A stretch of 64,000 nt of DNA from a virus (lineage: Duplodnaviria > Caudoviricetes): IMG/VR virus record IMGVR_UViG_3300044695_006401, one strand, 5' to 3'. The translations under genes were made by a program, and so were the position numbers. Below, in pieces: positions 55,054 to 63,989 of the stretch (its first letter is position 1; each line of letters opens with the position of its first letter). The notes below the pieces were generated by a model. That model was given only the letters and a program-made list of their open reading frames with translations. It was not told where the DNA came from and searched no databases.

Positions 55054-57768
55054 CTAATCCCAATAACCACCTTCTATTACTTCCATCATCCAAGAAAGAA
55101 TTGATAGTAACTCGTCATTAGTTAGGGTAATAATTGATGTTAGATATTGGTCTTTTTGTTCTCTATGTCCATATTCATCAAGATGATACTCCCATATCTC
55201 AACAGCACTTTGACCACTGTCTTGTACTAATATATCGTTAACATACTTAGTATCACTCAATGGTAAATTTAACGCAAAAAGTGAACCATAATTGTCACCA
55301 CTCATCCCATCATGTTCTAAAACAAATTCTCTTATATATTGTTTTAATATTTCTTTGGGGTTATCTACTTTACTTAATAATGTTTTTACTTGATTAAAGT
55401 CTAACCCTGTCATCTTTATGAAATCATATAAACCGTGTTGGTCTATAAGTTTTTGTAATGATTGTTCTTTATTATCAGATTCATTTATATTTTTGTCCCA
55501 CCATCTTTTCTCACCACATTTTGGTGTTGAGTATGAACCAACATAGAAATTATCTATTGGGATGTAACCTTTGATTGTTTCTTTAATATCAAGTCTTATT
55601 TTTTTAACATAATGGTTTCTTCCTACCTCAGCAAAAAACTTCTCTTTAAGGTCAAATAAACCAATCTCAACATCAATTAAATACATATCGTCTTCTTCAT
55701 TATACAAAACTCTAATATCACAAACACAATCTTCATTTTTAAATGGTTCCACAATATCTTTGATGATGTCTAAATACTTTGGTTGTTTTTCTTCTGACTC
55801 GTTTATCTCATTTCCGTCATCGTCATATTCAATTTTTTCAACATCAATAAAAAAGTCAGCGTTCTTTCTTTTATAGTGCCATACTGGTGCCCACCATGAA
55901 CATAAAATAATATTTCCACCTGTCATTTCATCAATCTTATCTTCTATAACTTCTTCAAACCAACTGTCGTAGTTTGCTGCAGTATCATCTACATCGTGAT
56001 AGATTTTAATTAAAGGTTTTCCGTATATTTCATCAATTTCAATATATTCAACCTCATCAAATAACTGAAGAATCATTTGTTTAACCAAATCAAGTTTTTT
56101 ATCTTCTGATTCCATTAAATCATTCTTTAATGAATCTTCCCTTAATATACTTCTTATGGATTCTTGTAATCTATTAGGTGAATCTTCAGGCCACGAATTT
56201 AAAACATCTTCACTACTTCCTGTTCCTTCATATTTTAGGGTTATCGCCTCTTTTGGAATATCTTGAAATGTTACAATATGTTTTGACCTTGACTCAAAAT
56301 GTCTATCTTTAAACCATTTAACATAAGGAATCATTGTTGTGTCAATAAACCAAATATCATCGTCGTATGTTGAATCAAACCATGCTCTTTTGTTTGTTGA
56401 GTTGGTTGCAAAAATTGCTGGTTTACATTTAACCCCATAACCTACATATACTTTATAACATTCTCCCGCTCTTACTTTAAGACCGTTTTCCATTATCTTA
56501 TCTCTGTACATTGGATTGGACTTATGGACAACAATATGATTGGGTGTTATTTCTTTACCCGCAGGACTATAATCTTTGTCTTCTGATTCACTTTCTCTCA
56601 GATAGATATTTTCTTTATCTTCACACTTTGGTGTTTGTAACATATCAACATAAATTACTACTCCTGTATAGGTTGCAATTTCTTTTGTAATGGCATCTAA
56701 GACCTCATTATACATGTTTCTTACAGCTTGGGTCACTGGCCAATATTCTGTTCCGTAACCTCCAATAAATAAAACTGTAACTTGAGGTATATTGAAAAAA
56801 TCTTCATTTAATGTGATTTCATAAGAACAAATAAGATGACCATATTCAGGAAGTATCATATCTTCCATTATCATTTTTATTATTTTGAAAAGTCTTTGTG
56901 TGTCCTTTTCATTTCTGTTTGAACTCTCGTTCATGAACTTAACCTCATCGTCACAACTATCCACATACCACGGTGTGTAGATATACACTTTGATTCCCAT
57001 AGACTTTATTGAGTCCTCTAAAGAATTAAGTTCTTTTTCTATTTCAGTAATTGAGGTCGCCAAATCATCTGTTGAGAGAGTTTTTGATCGTATTTCATAT
57101 TCTTTATCATCAGGATTATATTCTGCCCATATATCACAAAGCCCGTCCCAACTAACTAAAGATAACAATACATTTATTGCCCTTAGATTTTTGTCAGTTT
57201 CACGATTATCACTTTCGTTTAAACTTTCAGACTCACCATAAAGTTTGTTGTGTATTCTTTTCACATCTTCTTTTGAAAAAGGGAATTCTTCATCATGTAT
57301 ATCGACATCTTTGCCGTTTATTTGTCTAACATCAAAATAACCAGAACTTTTAATTTCAGGTAAGTTGGTTTCTATCTTTCCTACAGTATTGTCATTTTGA
57401 ATTGTGGCAAGGATGGTTATTAGTTTCTTTTTTTCTGCTGAAGTTAATTTACTGTCATCATAAATAAGATTTAATTCAGGCCAAGAATGTGTGCCCCATA
57501 TATTTTTTTTAATACCAATTATTTCATATTCAATCGGGAATACAACAAATCTAGGATCTCCCCAAGCGTCGTGATATTCGAAATCAACAACACCTGTTAA
57601 TTGATTTAACATTTCAGAAAGTTCAAGGTCATCTTTGAAAATACTTTTAAGATTATCCAGTCCCCCAACCATTTCAGCAGCATCAAAGATATTATTATCT
57701 TCAATAAATTGTTTCATCTCTTGTTGGAGTCTATTTTCTTTTAAGATATGTCTAATCAGTTCTTTCAT
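55054..57768 (-). CDS. Modular 904-aa putative polyprotein (about 7 modules joined by xE linkers)
   Basis: Leader MKELIRHILKE; internal LNE-S, MNE-S, LRE-S, LQESIRSILRE, INE-S and INE-S junctions; first and last modules match stand-alone neighbours. Confidence 0.8.
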   Translation of the reverse strand: MKELIRHILKENRLQQEMKQFIEDNNIFDAAEMVGGLDNLKSIFKDDLELSEMLNQLTGVVDFEYHDAWGDPRFVVFPIEYEIIGIKKNIWGTHSWPELNLIYDDSKLTSAEKKKLITILATIQNDNTVGKIETNLPEIKSSGYFDVRQINGKDVDIHDEEFPFSKEDVKRIHNKLYGESESLNESDNRETDKNLRAINVLLSLVSWDGLCDIWAEYNPDDKEYEIRSKTLSTDDLATSITEIEKELNSLEDSIKSMGIKVYIYTPWYVDSCDDEVKFMNESSNRNEKDTQRLFKIIKMIMEDMILPEYGHLICSYEITLNEDFFNIPQVTVLFIGGYGTEYWPVTQAVRNMYNEVLDAITKEIATYTGVVIYVDMLQTPKCEDKENIYLRESESEDKDYSPAGKEITPNHIVVHKSNPMYRDKIMENGLKVRAGECYKVYVGYGVKCKPAIFATNSTNKRAWFDSTYDDDIWFIDTTMIPYVKWFKDRHFESRSKHIVTFQDIPKEAITLKYEGTGSSEDVLNSWPEDSPNRLQESIRSILREDSLKNDLMESEDKKLDLVKQMILQLFDEVEYIEIDEIYGKPLIKIYHDVDDTAANYDSWFEEVIEDKIDEMTGGNIILCSWWAPVWHYKRKNADFFIDVEKIEYDDDGNEINESEEKQPKYLDIIKDIVEPFKNEDCVCDIRVLYNEEDDMYLIDVEIGLFDLKEKFFAEVGRNHYVKKIRLDIKETIKGYIPIDNFYVGSYSTPKCGEKRWWDKNINESDNKEQSLQKLIDQHGLYDFIKMTGLDFNQVKTLLSKVDNPKEILKQYIREFVLEHDGMSGDNYGSLFALNLPLSDTKYVNDILVQDSGQSAVEIWEYHLDEYGHREQKDQYLTSIITLTNDELLSILSWMMEVIEGGYWD

Positions 57769-58394
57769 TCTCCTTTTAATCTTCTGTATTCAGCACCATT
57801 AAGTTGTTCTAAATAAGTTTGTTCAATCCATCCTGGTAATCTTTCTTCCCACCACAATATATCGTTCATTTTATATTTTCCTGTTTTAAGAATATGTTCT
57901 ATCATTTCTTCCTCAGTTACATCATCAGGTTTTGTTATCGGCGGAAAACAAATATCACCGTCGTAATTAGTTATATAAAGTTCGGAAATGTAGATATCAT
58001 TTCTACCCATCTTTTTTTGAATTTCACCTAAATAAGTATCATCAAACCATTCTTCAAGTAGGTATCTTAAATAACTTACTCTCACAGGAATATCTGTGGA
58101 TAAGTCATCAAATACATTTTTTGGAACACTCATTAAACCCCTATTAAAACTCATTTCTTCAGTTTTTTTATTGTCGTCATCATTACCAAAATATAAAACA
58201 ACATCCAATATTTCTCTTCCGTTTTTACAAAAATCAAAACTATGTGTTGATTCATAAGATTTTTTATGGTACATCTCAACACCATCAAAATAATCATTCA
58301 ACCATCTGTAGATAAGTTGCTCTACCTTTGGTGTAGGTTTATCATATTTTCTACTAACCTCTTCTTTTAATATGTGTCTAATTAATTCTTTCAT
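57765..58394 (-). CDS. Leader-bearing protein
   Basis: MKELIRHILKEE. Confidence 0.75.
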   Translation of the reverse strand: MKELIRHILKEEVSRKYDKPTPKVEQLIYRWLNDYFDGVEMYHKKSYESTHSFDFCKNGREILDVVLYFGNDDDNKKTEEMSFNRGLMSVPKNVFDDLSTDIPVRVSYLRYLLEEWFDDTYLGEIQKKMGRNDIYISELYITNYDGDICFPPITKPDDVTEEEMIEHILKTGKYKMNDILWWEERLPGWIEQTYLEQLNGAEYRRLKGE

Positions 58395-58717
58395 TACATT
58401 ACTTCGTATAAAAACTTTTTAATAGTTCTAACAACTTTTTGTCTATATGGGTCATTCTCGTTTGTGAAGATACTCATTGGTTCAGTAACATTGTTTTCAA
58501 TAAGCATATTCAAAATACGTCTTACTTGTCTTTTTTTATTATCCCACATAGATACACCATAATATTCATCACCTACCTTAAAATATATCTCTTTAAACTT
58601 ACTTCCTCCTTCAATGTTAATCTCATTAATTTCATATCTTCTTCTTAGGAAGTTATAAACTTTTTGGTCAATCTCTTCAGATTCTTCTTTCAATATGTTT
58701 CTAATTAAATCTTTCAT
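58394..58717 (-). CDS. Leader-bearing protein
   Basis: MKDLIRNILKEE. Confidence 0.75.
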   Translation of the reverse strand: MKDLIRNILKEESEEIDQKVYNFLRRRYEINEINIEGGSKFKEIYFKVGDEYYGVSMWDNKKRQVRRILNMLIENNVTEPMSIFTNENDPYRQKVVRTIKKFLYEVM

Positions 58718-59085
58718 CTGAACTTAAAATATTCAATATCTAATTGTTTAATATCACCCCAAGTATCTTTAATAACCATTTCTTTTGGTATCATATCATA
58801 GATGTCGTTTAATTGGTTTTTAAATACATTTTCACCTTTACCTACTATCTCAAACTTCATTGGAAACTCAAGGTATTCCTTTAACGAGTGGTAAATAAGA
58901 TTCAACTTTCCTTTGAGTGAGTCAATTAATGTTACATACTCAGGTTCGTTTTTGAGTATTTGTTTTAGGTTATCTAAACCACCAACAAACTTAGCGGCAA
59001 CAAAAATATCCTCATCTTTAATTAGATCGAGGATGTCAGTCTGCACTTTAGACTCTCTTAAGATATGTCTAATTAGTTGTCTCAT
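58714..59085 (-). CDS. Leader-bearing protein; homologue of the first polyprotein module
   Basis: Start re-called to 59085 (MRQLIRHILRES); IFVAAKFVGGLDNLKQIL vs IFDAAEMVGGLDNLKSIF. Confidence 0.75.
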   Translation of the reverse strand: MRQLIRHILRESKVQTDILDLIKDEDIFVAAKFVGGLDNLKQILKNEPEYVTLIDSLKGKLNLIYHSLKEYLEFPMKFEIVGKGENVFKNQLNDIYDMIPKEMVIKDTWGDIKQLDIEYFKFR

Positions 59086-59524
59086 CAACAAAAGTAAAAT
59101 TATCAATCATTGGTTCTTTATAATCATCTGAAAAACCACCATATCCTATCATCTTCATATCTTCAGGGATATATTTATACATTTCTCGTAACTCTTCATT
59201 CATTTTTAAAGCCTCATCTACCCCTTCATTATCATATCTTCCCTTGAATGGGGATAATGGTGTCACAAGGGCCTTATCTAAATAAAAAATTTTTTCATAT
59301 CGGGGTTCTAAACCATAAAATTCTTTTACCATTTCATAGTCAACATAGAGGTTGATGTAAATTATCATCTTGTATGTTTCTAATTCATCTGACAATTCCC
59401 ATCCTAATATAAATGGGTATTGTTGTTTTAGTGTATTAACTACAATACCGATCCCTTTTAGAATTTTTGGTTCTTCAACTTCTTCAGTAAGAATTTGCTT
59501 TATTAAATTTCTATTAATCTTCAT
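59069..59524 (-). CDS. Leader-bearing protein
   Basis: NLIKQILTEE; LKQQYPFILGWEL. Confidence 0.75.
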   Translation of the reverse strand: MKINRNLIKQILTEEVEEPKILKGIGIVVNTLKQQYPFILGWELSDELETYKMIIYINLYVDYEMVKEFYGLEPRYEKIFYLDKALVTPLSPFKGRYDNEGVDEALKMNEELREMYKYIPEDMKMIGYGGFSDDYKEPMIDNFTFVDETTN

Positions 59525-59942
59525 CGTATTCTTCTTGTCTAAATGCGTATGTCATTTTTAATATAAATTGGTTGTCGGAACTCCACTCACAACCAATAAA
59601 ATACCACATCAAGTTATTATATTTACCCGTATTTCTACCAAAAGAACCATTATCTTTAAATGAATATTTAAGTAAAACTTTATCTAATTCACCATCAATT
59701 CTACGCAATTGCTGAGTGAACTCAAAAAGGTCAGGATCTTCATTCCAAGATGTTATAATAATGTCTCCCGCAATTTCAGTATATCTTTCATCAAAAGTAA
59801 TATTTTGAACTTCAACCCCGTTGATAATGTTTGTATCCACAATACTTTCTACGATATAGGGAACAGATTCAGCTGACTTGATAAATCTTTCTCTCAAACC
59901 TTCTGTTTCCTCATTTAATATATTTTTGATTAAATTTTTCAT
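59514..59942 (-). CDS. Leader-bearing protein, paralogue of 60827-61261
   Basis: MKNLIKNILNEE; LRERF...FDERY...KYSFKDNG. Confidence 0.75.
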   Translation of the reverse strand: MKNLIKNILNEETEGLRERFIKSAESVPYIVESIVDTNIINGVEVQNITFDERYTEIAGDIIITSWNEDPDLFEFTQQLRRIDGELDKVLLKYSFKDNGSFGRNTGKYNNLMWYFIGCEWSSDNQFILKMTYAFRQEEYDED

Positions 59943-60550
59943 TTTACTTTTTTACCGTATTTGAAGAACTTTTGCTGTATATTGATCGTTCCTTTACATC
60001 CACCCGATAGTTTTACTCCATTAGAATCGAAACATTTTGGCATAGTTTTATTGAAGTAATATACCAATTTTGGTTCTCCTGAGTTAACTGAATGCATACC
60101 AGCTAATTGACCATCAACCGCAGATTCACCTCCACCAGCACTTCCTCTACTATCAAACTGTTCGTAGGTATAACCATCATTACTTTTTCCGATTGTGACT
60201 TCCCAATTTACTGTTAATGTATTGGGATCAATATTTACGGTAACTTTTTTAATATCTACCGCGTTTAAACCTTTTGTGTTTTTATATTCTTTGATGCCAT
60301 TCTGAACTTTTGTGTTGATTCTACCACCAAATCCATCCGATCTTCTGCTTTGAAATGAGTGTAATGCGTCGTATGCTCTTGGTTGACCTTCAGCTGAGTA
60401 ACTTCCACTAATTACCTCATCAAGGTTATTTACAGCATTATTAATTTTTTTTGATGCATTATTTAGTCCCTTAAGAGCATAATTTTTTAACTCGTTTTGC
60501 TCAACTAAAGTTACATATTCTTTCAGTACTTGTCTTATTAAATTTTTCAT
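59939..60550 (-). CDS. Leader-bearing protein
   Basis: MKNLIRQVLKE; YDALHSF...FDSRGSAGGG. Confidence 0.75.
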   Translation of the reverse strand: MKNLIRQVLKEYVTLVEQNELKNYALKGLNNASKKINNAVNNLDEVISGSYSAEGQPRAYDALHSFQSRRSDGFGGRINTKVQNGIKEYKNTKGLNAVDIKKVTVNIDPNTLTVNWEVTIGKSNDGYTYEQFDSRGSAGGGESAVDGQLAGMHSVNSGEPKLVYYFNKTMPKCFDSNGVKLSGGCKGTINIQQKFFKYGKKVK

Positions 60551-60647
60551 ATCTTTATAAATATATTATTAGATTATTATAGTCCACATTTAGACTTAAC
60601 CACATTAAAGTTTTGTAATATCTATGTAAATGTTAAAGTCCAATTGA

Positions 60648-60827
60648 TTAATTGGTGATTATCATTTGCACCTCCTGTTGCCGCACCAAATCCCACCCAA
60701 TGATAAAAGGATAATCTTGTTTAAGTATTTTCATAGCAATATCAAGACCTTTTTTGGATGTTTGGCTATATTCCTTTCTTTCAGGACCTTCATATTCTTT
60801 TAATATGTTTCTAATCAACTCTTTCAT
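60648..60827 (-). pseudogene. Truncated leader-bearing paralogue of 59069-59524 (59 aa)
   Basis: MKELIRNILKEYEGPERKEYSQTSKKGLDIAMKILKQDYPFIIGWDLVRQQEVQMIITN*. Similarity appears to resume in another frame (FNIYIDITKL*). Confidence 0.6.
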
Positions 60828-61261
60828 TATGCGTCGTATTCATCTTGATTTACCCAAAACTCTAATGTTAAAACAAATGATTCCTCACCACCTGCCTGCC
60901 ATTTCATACCAATTGGCAAACAACCTAACATCCAATCATTATCAGACCCTCTTCTGATTAAACCACCGTTTTCTGTAAAAGTATATTGTTGATTAATTTT
61001 ATAAACTTCATTTTCTATACTATCTGCATGTCGACCGATTGAACCAAAATCGTGGTCCTCAAAGTATGATTTAACCGTAAGTTTTGCTCGAATTTGAATA
61101 TACTTTGGGTCAAATTCAATTTCACTTATCTCTACAGAATCTATCTCAGAAGAAATATTACTTTCAAAAATATATTCGAGTTTTTGCATAGAGTTTCTAA
61201 ACCTTTGTTCTAACTCACCATCTTGTTCTTCTTTCAATATGTTTTTGATAATGTCTTTCAT
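60827..61261 (-). CDS. Leader-bearing protein, paralogue of 59514-59942
   Basis: MKDIIKNILKEE; LEQRF...FDPKY...QYTFTENG. Confidence 0.75.
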   Translation of the reverse strand: MKDIIKNILKEEQDGELEQRFRNSMQKLEYIFESNISSEIDSVEISEIEFDPKYIQIRAKLTVKSYFEDHDFGSIGRHADSIENEVYKINQQYTFTENGGLIRRGSDNDWMLGCLPIGMKWQAGGEESFVLTLEFWVNQDEYDA

Positions 61262-61282
61262 TTTTTATAAATAGTTTAATAA

Positions 61283-63022
61283 TTATAAACCATACTTAGA
61301 TTTATCCGCATTAAAGTTTTGTAGTACCTGTGAACCCGTTAATGCTGAGCTATACATTCTTACAACACCCATTCTACCATTCAACCATTGAGAAAATTGT
61401 CCTCCATTGAATGATCCAGCGTATAAAGGTGATGTTGTGTTTTTAATACTTGTAAATGAATGAGAGTTACTTCCAACTAAACTACCATTTATATAAAGGG
61501 CTAATGAATTACTTGCAACGTTAGTCCATACACCCACAACTTGATACCAAGTATTAATAGTTAAACCTGTTGCTGGTGATGTAATTGATGTTGAACCATT
61601 ACCTATTTCCATATACGTATTACCGTTGGAAATTGTTCTTATTCCATATCCCCAATCGGCAGAGTTACCGCCATCAGTTTTTGCAATAAGGACTCTACTT
61701 GACCCTGCAATTACCGAATGGTTTACCCAAAACTCAATCGTCCAATCACCACTACCTGGCTCGAGTAATGCATTGTCAGCAACACTAATCTGAGATGACG
61801 AACCGTTGTATGTGAAATAAGGGTTTGTAAATGTTATATTTGACATTGTACCATTTAACCCGTTACCCGATAAGTCATTTATTGTTGTACCCGCACCAGA
61901 ATAACTTAACGAATTGCTTGGGTCAAAATGTAATACAAGATTACTTGTTACAGGAACTATTGGTGTCGCAGTTGGTGTCGCAGTTGGTGTCGCAGTTGGT
62001 GTAGATGTCGGTGTAGATGTCGGTGTTGGAGTTGGTTCAACAAATCTTGGAGCCAAATAATTGTATTGTTGTGTGATTTCTGAAAGACTTAATTGTCTGT
62101 TATAGAAATACATGTTGGCAACATGTCCAAAAGGTTGACCTGCCAGATCATTATTCCCCCAACCCCAATGTGTTATTCCTCCAGCACCGAAAGCGATTGT
62201 ACTTCCCACTTGTGAACCATTTATGTAGAATCTTTGAGATGCGTTAGTTCCAACTACCGCATACTGAACCCAAACGCCAGCTGAAGATGCAACATCATAT
62301 CCTGAACTTTTGAAGGAAGTATCCCAATATCCTAAGGTATTAGTTCCATTAGGGATGGTAATTGGTGTGTATTTTGGTGAGTTTGTGTAAAGTAATGTTC
62401 TAAATCCGGCAGTACTTGTTATTAATCTTGCCCAAGTAATATAAGTGTATCCTGATGTTGGTAATGTTGGTCCAGTACCATTTACAACAACTCTGTTAGT
62501 TCCCGTAGTACAATCAAAACATTTTATACCGTTAAGAACTGTGTAAGTAGCGTTGGTTAATGTGTGATCATACCCACTCGTTATATCATAAACTGTAGAT
62601 CCTGTCCCTGGATAACTTAAACTTGTATATGCATCTAATTGTATGATTAAACCTAAGGTATTAATACCTGAGTATGATGTCCAATAACCATTATCGTTTA
62701 ACCACTCTTTGGCAATTGCGGGATCTGTGAATGTTTGTGAATATGATTTATTAACTAACGCTAAAAAACTATTGTCGTTTTTTAAAACACTCCTTTTGAA
62801 TCCTAAATACGCATTAACAAACTCAGGGTTAGGTTGATTTCCTTGTGTGTTCGGGTAAGCAACAACATAACCTAAATCTTCATCAGGGCCGTTCCACCAT
62901 CTTACACCACCTACACCTCCAACATAATCTATATTATCAACACCTATAGCTAAATTACCAATTTGTATTGTGCCCGATATTGTTGATCCTGTGTTATACG
63001 CAAAAGGTCTCGATGTTGCCAT
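61283..63022 (-). CDS. Tail/adhesin protein with two LamG (concanavalin A-like) domains and Pro/Thr linker
   Basis: WVQYAV..., RFYING, HVANMYFYNRQLS; WYQVVGVW, LYING, RMGVVRMYSSALT; PTPTPTSTPT linker. Confidence 0.8.
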   Translation of the reverse strand: MATSRPFAYNTGSTISGTIQIGNLAIGVDNIDYVGGVGGVRWWNGPDEDLGYVVAYPNTQGNQPNPEFVNAYLGFKRSVLKNDNSFLALVNKSYSQTFTDPAIAKEWLNDNGYWTSYSGINTLGLIIQLDAYTSLSYPGTGSTVYDITSGYDHTLTNATYTVLNGIKCFDCTTGTNRVVVNGTGPTLPTSGYTYITWARLITSTAGFRTLLYTNSPKYTPITIPNGTNTLGYWDTSFKSSGYDVASSAGVWVQYAVVGTNASQRFYINGSQVGSTIAFGAGGITHWGWGNNDLAGQPFGHVANMYFYNRQLSLSEITQQYNYLAPRFVEPTPTPTSTPTSTPTATPTATPTATPIVPVTSNLVLHFDPSNSLSYSGAGTTINDLSGNGLNGTMSNITFTNPYFTYNGSSSQISVADNALLEPGSGDWTIEFWVNHSVIAGSSRVLIAKTDGGNSADWGYGIRTISNGNTYMEIGNGSTSITSPATGLTINTWYQVVGVWTNVASNSLALYINGSLVGSNSHSFTSIKNTTSPLYAGSFNGGQFSQWLNGRMGVVRMYSSALTGSQVLQNFNADKSKYGL

Positions 63023-63804
63023 TATTTTTTAGGTTCTTCAAGTTTCATATCCTTGATGAACTTATCGTGAGACGCCTTGTATGATTTTTGAGTTTCATCA
63101 TTTTGATTTTTAGTATATTGCCAGTTCCAATAAAGTTTTGGATTTGGTTTAAATCCATAATATTCGTGACTTTCTTTTTGAGTTTCAGTCACATTTTCAC
63201 CATTCCAATTTTGACCTACACAAATAAAGCCAGTCTCAATGTCTTTAATCAAGTTTGATTCACCAAGTGTTGTGTGTCTATTTTGAATCCATGTAAGTCT
63301 TTCCATTAGATTTTGGTAGTACATATTTGCTGCTCCCCATCTCACTGAAGAGAAAAATAACACAGCGTCTGATTCAAAAAGTTCTTTTGAAACTTTCCAT
63401 AGTTGGTCTGATGGTTCATTTATATTAACCCAACATCTGTGATGACCTGATGGGTTCTTTTTCTTATCTTTAAGAGTAGCCTTTAATAGTCCGCATGAAT
63501 TACCATCAGCTCTTGATACATTACCTTCACACGGTAATATTTTAAGTTCTGTTACATCTATGTAAGTTGCTTTGTCACCAAGTTCTTCTTTGATATATAA
63601 AGCCAACAATCTTGATTTTGGTGTGTCAAATTTTTTAGGATCGAATTGGTATCTATTTGAACAAGACAATAAAAGAACTTTGTCTTTTTTTTTCAGAATA
63701 TCTATAGTTTGTTTCAGTTTTTTATATCCGTCACTCTGAACCCTTTCTTCTGACAACATAAGTTGTTTTAGTCTTTGTAATTCTTCTTCTAAAATTGATT
63801 TCAT
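63022..63804 (-). CDS. Flavodoxin-like / NAD(P)H-dependent FMN reductase-like protein with leader
   Basis: Start re-called to 63804 (MKSILEEELQRLKQLMLSEE); LLLSCSNR, ILPCEG...C...CW, SDAVLFFSSVRWG, MERL. Confidence 0.7.
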   Translation of the reverse strand: MKSILEEELQRLKQLMLSEERVQSDGYKKLKQTIDILKKKDKVLLLSCSNRYQFDPKKFDTPKSRLLALYIKEELGDKATYIDVTELKILPCEGNVSRADGNSCGLLKATLKDKKKNPSGHHRCWVNINEPSDQLWKVSKELFESDAVLFFSSVRWGAANMYYQNLMERLTWIQNRHTTLGESNLIKDIETGFICVGQNWNGENVTETQKESHEYYGFKPNPKLYWNWQYTKNQNDETQKSYKASHDKFIKDMKLEEPKK

Positions 63805-63866
63805 AATAATAAATATCACATAAGTTGTTTGTGTTGTGAATGGTTATTTTGTTTTTATGACTAAAG

Positions 63867-63895
63867 AAAAAACCCCATCCTTTTGAGATGGGGTT
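63867..63895 (-). terminator. Intrinsic terminator
   Basis: AAAAAACCCCATC-CTTTTGA-GATGGGGTT. Confidence 0.75.
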
Positions 63896-63899
63896 CATA

Positions 63900-63989
63900 T
63901 TATTTCTTAGACCACTCTTGGTATTCCCTCCTATCTTTTATGATTGTAGGAGTGATAAATGATATTACAAATAACCAAAGATATATCAT
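63900..63989 (-). CDS. 29-aa membrane peptide (not in ORF track)
   Basis: MIYLWLFVISFITPTIIKDRREYQEWSKK*, directly followed by the terminator. Confidence 0.45.
   Translation of the reverse strand: MIYLWLFVISFITPTIIKDRREYQEWSKK

Noticed and set aside
63976-63983. TATCTTTG as a host-type promoter
   Set aside because: It lies inside the 29-aa ORF (tat ctt tgg), with no downstream gene start in range.
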